From contig NW_026889774.1 in NCBI RefSeq assembly GCF_033153115.1, forward strand, positions 7,440,001-7,504,000: a DNA stretch of 64,000 nt, read 5' to 3'. The notes beneath the pieces are model-generated. The model saw only the letters and a list, made by a program, of their open reading frames with translations, searched no databases and was not told where the DNA came from. The position numbers and the translations under genes are program-made. The DNA is from Saccostrea echinata (lineage: Eukaryota). Of the stretch, positions 57,765 to 64,000 are shown piece by piece. Within the stretch, counting starts at the first letter, position 1, and each line of letters opens with the position of its first letter.

Positions 57765-58243
57765 ACATATATCACATGGCTTCGAGGGTGACATACCAGA
57801 ATGTTTGCCCCAAGGTGACAGGAAAGTCCTGGAGTGTTATGTCCAAGGCTTTCCTGTCACCGAGGGGCAAACATTCTGGTATAGTCACCCGAGAAGCCAT
57901 GTGGTATATGTTATATAACATTTTTAAAATTAAAAAAATCGTCTAAAATTGATTAAGTTTAGACAAATAATCCAAAATGCTTTCATGACGTTAGAATTAT
58001 GCTCCGTTGTTTACATTTGCTTAGCAACCGACGTCATTACATCTCGAACCCGAGCTACAAATGCGTAACATAAAAACACGTGAAAGTGATCGAGAGGGTG
58101 TTATAACCGTTTCCGTCGGGAGACATAACTGTTTCCGGCGTGTGACATAACTGTTTCCCGTGTGATTCAGCATTCTTCAAGGTTTATAGTGAAACATTAC
58201 ATATGTGATATAATAGGAAAACTTATTCAAAAATGTTATATAA
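57765..58243. mobile_element. Hairpin-terminated non-autonomous element (Crypton-like)
   Basis: Palindrome 57765-57911; tatataacattttt / aaaaatgttatata terminal IR. Confidence 0.55.
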
Positions 58244-58980
58244 GCAGTTTAAAAATCTCCAATTGTTTAAACCAATGCTGATTTAGATGACATCACTCTT
58301 AACGTGATTTTAAATTAGAAATATCTACCAGTGTTTAACTATTACCGACAGACAAGGGTTTGGTAATATATTCTGTATTAAAACGGCACCGAAAAAGGGC
58401 CCACTCTCTATTGCTTAAGTGCACTCCTCTATGATTTTTTAGTTATAAAAAAAACTTAGCACCAAGAGTAATAGGAGGAGGAACTTGTACATAATATTTA
58501 AAAAAAACCTGTTCTCCACTTAATTTGCAATTACTATTCATTCCCGAAATTGATGGAGCGCTCAAACTAAAGAATGACGTCACAAGTGCATTACTTAAGG
58601 TTATTCAAGCAGGATAACACTCATCCTCATCCGGAGGTTTTCTTACATTAACAGAATATCAACTGTATATCTTCTCTATCACCGTATTTGCACGAATGGT
58701 GCATTTTTGGAATGCTTTAAGACTTAAAACTATAGTGTTCCTTTATAATACATATTAACTAATGCCTTTATATTACATATTAACTAATGGCTGTGATGGC
58801 AATCAGAGAAATTCCTATGAACATAAAATCCGCACTTTAATACTGTTAGGTCGACGCAGTTTTAACAATACAGATAACATTTACAGAAACAGAAACACGT
58901 CTGATTTCATCAGCTGCTAGTCCAGCGAGTCTGCATACGACATAGCAGGTGTGCGAACAGAGAGTCACGTGTTCCTGGGG

Positions 58981-59276
58981 TGTTTGTTTGTTGTTTAACG
59001 TCCCTCTCGTGAATTTTTCACTCATATGGAGATACCACCACTTGCCGGTGGAGAGCTGCAAAGTTTGTCCTATATTTGGCACTTAGGGCCATTGAGCAGT
59101 GAGGGATCTTTTTCGTGCCAACATATACTGCGACACGGGACCTCTGTTTATACGGTCTCATCCGAAGGACCGGTCTCCACGTCCTACAGTGGGATTCGAA
59201 CCCGCGACGTAAGGATCAACTCCTTACTTCGCGACTCTAGAGCAGACGCTCTAACCACTGCGCCACGCGGGCGACC
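58981..59276 (-). mobile_element. tRNA-derived SINE inserted in the putative 3' LTR
   Basis: Reverse strand has A box tggcgcagtgg, B box ggttcgaatccc and (aaac)n tail; 3' body shared with the other two SINEs. Confidence 0.9.
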
Positions 59277-59528
59277 AGGGTTATTCGTACCCCGACTCCA
59301 GACGTCCACCACGTGGTCCAACTATGACATTCACTCTACACTCACACATCCGGTCCTGGACAAACACCCAGGACAGTCACAAGCATGACTCCGCCGCAAA
59401 CGCTCTATCCTGGAAAAAGTAAGCTCTGCATAATCTCCTAATACGTTTATCAGGTAAATAAAAAACACTTCCGGGACCTAGATATCCCGGACTGACAGGT
59501 AAGTAAGCAACTATCTACATAAACCCCC

Positions 59529-60000
59529 TCAACTGGGACCCCAAAACATCCTAAAGTTCTGGAAAACCCTTCCCGGAAGCAGGGCGACGACCTCTCCCCT
59601 GGCCGCGGCCACTTGTTAATAAACTTCCCCGATGTGCTTATAAGTCTCACCGGGTGCTCTACCTCACAAGGTCGGTCAGGGCTTTCCGACTCAACCAACA
59701 GTCGGTCGGACGGTATGGCGCGTACTCCGAATAACTGTACCTCGGACATCTCCGACACTCGCCACTCACTCCGAAAAAACCCATTGGCCAGTATCAATCC
59801 ATAACTTGACATATATAACATAACATATCCATAGCTCTGGCCCCCAGAGAAGCTACGGAGATACACCGGTACAAACGTCAGGACAAACATCCCGCCTAAC
59901 AACGTTACACAGTCCTGAGTGGGCACGCAGCCCAAGCACACAATAATGTCTGGATTTAGTTCCCCTACTAGCTCTTGGGTAAACTGGGCATATCTGGTTG
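59529..60000 (-). pseudogene. TatD-like (amidohydrolase-fold DNase) domain relic within the Gypsy element
   Basis: PVYLRSFSGG resembles IHLHCFtG; VRAIPSDRLLVESESP resembles IPxDRLLLETDxP; shifted frame continues HIGEVY*QVAAARG...VFQNFRMF. Confidence 0.7.
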
Positions 60001-62752
60001 ACTTGACCTTTCCCTCAACCGCTTCCGGGTACCCATGCAAGGACCTACTTTTTCCATTGGATGTGGGTTTGCTCAAGTTTTCCCTTACTTTCCGGGTCCC
60101 AGAACTTAAATCTGAACCCGTGGCCCCCAGCGGCTTAGCTACATCACACACAGGAGAACTGTCCCGGTATCGGCTGCGGGTTCTCCAGACAACTTACTCT
60201 TACATGAGACTAGCCATTTCGAGAGTTGTTTGGACTTGCATACACATGTATTTTCCGCTTGTCATGGTGCATGACCTTGACTTCTCTCCGAGACTTAACG
60301 GCGAGTACCGTGTCGCATTTAGCTTTGATAATGACACCTGTACCCTTCCAGATAGACTCTTTCTTTCCGGCATTGCGGCGCCAATACACCATATCTCCGA
60401 CCTTGAACTTACGAGTAGGAGTACTCTTAATATCGTGAGGAGTCTTCATTGCCTTAAGCTTCTGCGCGGATTTTAATTTCCGACGTGCAATTTCATGCGC
60501 GCTCTGCACCTTCTGCTCGAGATTTCGCACGTACCTGTCTACCCAACCCTCCTTTTCATTTTAAAAAGAAGCGGTGGGGCAAACATTAAGGTTGCTGGTA
60601 TGCTACTTCTGTACCCAGCATTAATAGGTTCAATGTAGCGCTTGCATGCGAGGTAGGGACAGCTTCCCTATCACAGTTCCGGCTTCCACTGTACAATTGC
60701 GATCAATCATGCTCATTACACGCAGCATGGTTGTCTTTCCTGCGGTATTGTATGTCTGCGAAGCTACTTCACCAGGCGGAAAAATACTGGCAGGCTCTAG
60801 TATGAACTCTGGCATAGTCACATTCAATCACCTGCTCACTCTGCGAACTGTCACCGCATCGAGTACTGACACTGTCGCTTCAGGGAAAAATCTGTGTCTA
60901 TGCCCCTGCCCCTTAGTGTTCCCGCTTCGCTTAAAACTTCGGCACCAAGTGCACGGAGAAAATCAATCCCCAATAACATTACATCTTGTAAAGGGCCAAC
61001 ATAAATCGGGTGTGCAAAATCGAAATCTCCGATACGTAAGTTGAGACTTCCGTGATACTGGGCGGTCATTCCTGCCCCTCGCCAGCTAGCCTAACATTGG
61101 TGTCCCTTAACCTCGAGCTGGGGCCTTATGGACCTATATACCTCCCCCGAGATTATCGCAATGTCGGCTGCTGTGCCTATTGTCGATTTAACTCGCTGGC
61201 CACCTATCTGTGTAGGGATACGCCACGCACCTGAACCCATACATTGACTACCTGACCTTACTGATGGTATTACATATGTTGCATTTACATTCGGTTCATA
61301 AAACTGTCAGTATGCTTGATACAGAGAAAAGGGGACGCCAATATAGGTTTTTCTTGCGCATTGTACAGTAGCGTTGTAAAAGCCCTGGTTCCTGACACTC
61401 GTAGCAGTCAATGACCATGAAGCACGAGAGCATCCTTAACTTACCGACTTGTCCCTGATCCCTGGGATTGTAGCCCCCTACTGCCGTCACCCAAGTCACT
61501 GGAGTACGTCTGATACTGCCTGTCTGAGGCCCGATCCTGTGACTCGCCACGGGACTTCACTCTTACGGCACTAAAGGATCGATCACATTCCCTCGGCTCA
61601 GTGCATCCCTTACAATCATCACGTCCACTGTGATCGACGTAAAGTTCTCGGGACTTAGAATCCAAGTTCTGTCTGTAACGACCTTGAGACGTAGGTATAC
61701 TGCGGTCATCTCTGCGATCTCTAGACACGGATATCACGCCTCTGGGACGACGGGCTACCGCTCGGCGACTTATCTGTTATGTCTTAACGCGTTTAATCGC
61801 TTCTTCTGGAGTGCCCGCGGGATTATTAATTAACTGCTGCCCCGCCTCGCCATCAATGTACCCAAGAGCAAAACAAACAATTACCTAGCTGCTTTTGAAA
61901 AATCTCTTGCGAGGTTCTGCCACCATAAAAGACAACATTAACAGGAAAATTTCCGTATTAAATGAAGATACAAATAGGTTCAAATTTTCCCCTTAACGCC
62001 AGAGATTCGGGTAAAAGTATTACACAGGAAACAAGAGACCAATGGGTCACAACGCTTACAGTGGGTCATAGTATGTCTTGAAAAATGGTTTTGTTCAAGT
62101 AGATAAACGAAACCCTTTATTGTGGTCACCCAAAAAGTCTAATTTCAACAGTTTGAATTTACGGAACACTTTAAAATGACAATTATCTTTTTCTTGTGAA
62201 TGTAAATATATTTCTGTATACTTAGTCCCCCAGTGATGGCCCATTCCTTGCTCCATAAGCCTAATAGAAACAAATATGCATCTACATGACATGTGGATGC
62301 TCGACGATTTGATTAATCATGAGCATGCAGAGATGGACAAATATGGAAGTCAGAGTTGTTTATGTCGAACATGCTGGAATCAAATTTATCACACTTAAAC
62401 TGATTAATCATAATAGGTTACAACAACTTACCATGATAAATGGATAATGTTTACATGTTGTCTGCTACAAGAAGCTCACATACGGTGTAAAGTTGTGTGG
62501 TAATGATTCTAAATTTAAATTTGCGAAGGGCATTTGAAAATTTCTGAGAACTGATTGGAAAAAATAATATTTACATCAACTGCAGGAATATCATTTCCTT
62601 TATTTCTTATAAAAACCATTGCCGTTAATCAAACCATAAACCACCTGCATACAAGGGCTGTTCCATCAATTAAGCATACAATGACAAACACATCTATAAT
62701 ACAATATTTAACATATTTAATTTACTTTGAATTTTTTTTAAGATATAAATAT

Positions 62753-62885
62753 AACAATAAAATGTCTTTGTTTGTTTGTTAGTAAGGGAATTAACGTCGC
62801 AGCTATTGCAGAAAAAATTCACATAACCCGCAACAGCTGCGACATTAATTCCTGTACTAACAACAAAAGAAAGTATTTTATTGTT
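62753..62885. repeat. Long imperfect palindrome
   Basis: aacaataaaat...gtcgcagct / agctgcgac...attttattgtt. Confidence 0.75.
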
Positions 62886-63255
62886 TAATTAACCGTTTAA
62901 TGGGAGTTAATGAGCTTTGTATCATTGAAAAGACCAGGACAAATGTACACATACTAGTATTGTGACGTCATTTTGCAATTTTTATTACGAAATAACCCCG
63001 AAAATGACTTCAGAATCCCGCCTGTTTAACATACTGACCATTAAAATGACATAACAAGAGACACAATTTCAACGAAGTAAAATTTTAAAGTCAACTTTTG
63101 TTCATTACTTAGATGCATGCTAACGGATACAATTGCCAGTTGGTAGAGTGTTTATAAAGACTACAGTCTATCATATGAAAATATAATCAGGAGCTCTTAT
63201 AGTTCTGAGTTGGTTTAAGAGTGTGTTAAACATAGCATGATATCGAAACACGCGC

Positions 63256-63574
63256 ACCGTCAGGGTAGCTCAGTCGGTAGAGCGCTCGCTCCGTTACCGG
63301 AAGGTCGTGTGTTCGAATCACGGCAGCGACTGACCTAAGTCGATAAAAAATAGGTAGCAACTGTCCCCTAGCCAAGCTCTCGGCACTTTGAATTGAAAGT
63401 TGTGGGTCTTTCGGAAGTGAGGCTCCGTGTCACTATAGGCGTTAGCATGATAAAGAACCCTCATTGCTCAATGGCCCTGAGTGCCGAGTAAATTTGAAGT
63501 CCTTCACGGTATATGGTGACAGTCTGTATATGAGTGAAAATTTCTCGATTGGGACGTTAAACAACATTCAATCA
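63256..63574 (+). mobile_element. tRNA-derived SINE with ~14-bp TSD
   Basis: A box tagctcagtcgg, B box gttcgaatc, tail caatcaat; TSD atcgaaacacgcgc / atcgaaacttgcgc. Confidence 0.92.
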
Positions 63575-64000
63575 ATCGAAACTTGCGCTAAATATTGGGT
63601 AAAAAAGTCATTGCTGTGAATAATGACAAAGTTGACAATCACATGACAATAGTAGTCGGTGTTGCAAAATTTTCTGCCATTAATTCGTCAGGTGTTTTAA
63701 CCAATTTTAGGGGAACGATTTAAGCTCAAGAGAGGTTTAGCTACACCATATTTTCTCATGACCAAAAGTCTCTGACGACACTGTAGCTCTACTGGATTGT
63801 ACTTATAACAACGGAAGCTAAAAGTAGCACTTAAACTTGAAACTTTGCAACAACAATAAATAAAATAATGATCCTTGGTTTTGTCTCTTTTTTTGGCAAG
63901 ATTTGTTGCAATCATACTAAAACTGTAGGAAGAGTAGCCTTTTAAAAGAATTTTACAGAAATTTCGATTTTAGTGACCATGGCAACATCATTCAACAAAA

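Larger units (their letters stand above)
58844..61925 (-). mobile_element. Decayed Gypsy/Ty3 LTR retrotransposon (RT/RNase H/integrase core deleted)
   Basis: In order on minus strand: PBS-like tggtggcag (61925); gag knuckle CYECQEPG...C; protease-like LLGIDFL; integrase C-terminus AHEIARRKL...FKVGDMV...WKG...HHDK; TatD-like ORF; PPT gaggggg; LTR starting TGTAG at 59519. Confidence 0.8.

Noticed and set aside
57536-57946. 136-aa ORF (and the 120-aa ORF at 59026-59388)
   Set aside because: Both read through SINE and palindrome sequence; no protein family is recognisable.
61926-62300. 5' LTR of the Gypsy element
   Set aside because: No match by eye to the putative 3' LTR (58844-59519); the sequence from ~62030 looks like a HINE start instead.
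63256-63330. tRNA gene
   Set aside because: The tRNA-like head continues into a SINE body with tail and TSD, and two related copies are in the window.

Overview
AT-rich, intron-rich eukaryotic genomic DNA. The repeat content (Helentron-associated satellites, tRNA-derived SINEs, frequent TACATGTA) suggests a bivalve, probably an oyster; this is inference. Bases ~120-51768 carry one large minus-strand gene, BLTP1/KIAA1109 (Tweek/LPD-3/Csf1 family bridge-like lipid transfer protein). I reconstructed 64 coding exons with GT-AG boundaries and a consistent reading phase throughout (~14,750 nt, ~4,916 codons); the last exon(s) lie off the left edge. The introns hold MITEs, HINE/satellite arrays, a nested Sola1-like/Tc1-mariner composite and long hairpin elements. 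Upstream (52-64 kb) is decayed transposon DNA: a Penelope RT fragment, a small palindromic element with a 9-bp TSD, a GA-rich tract, a hAT relic, three SINEs and a decayed Gypsy LTR element. Two observations stand out. (1) The Gypsy relic encodes a TatD-like nuclease domain between the integrase C-terminus and the PPT/3' LTR. (2) BLTP1 splice sites are tandemly duplicated at three places, giving in-frame stepped donors and a poison acceptor. All calls were made by eye; no database search was run.
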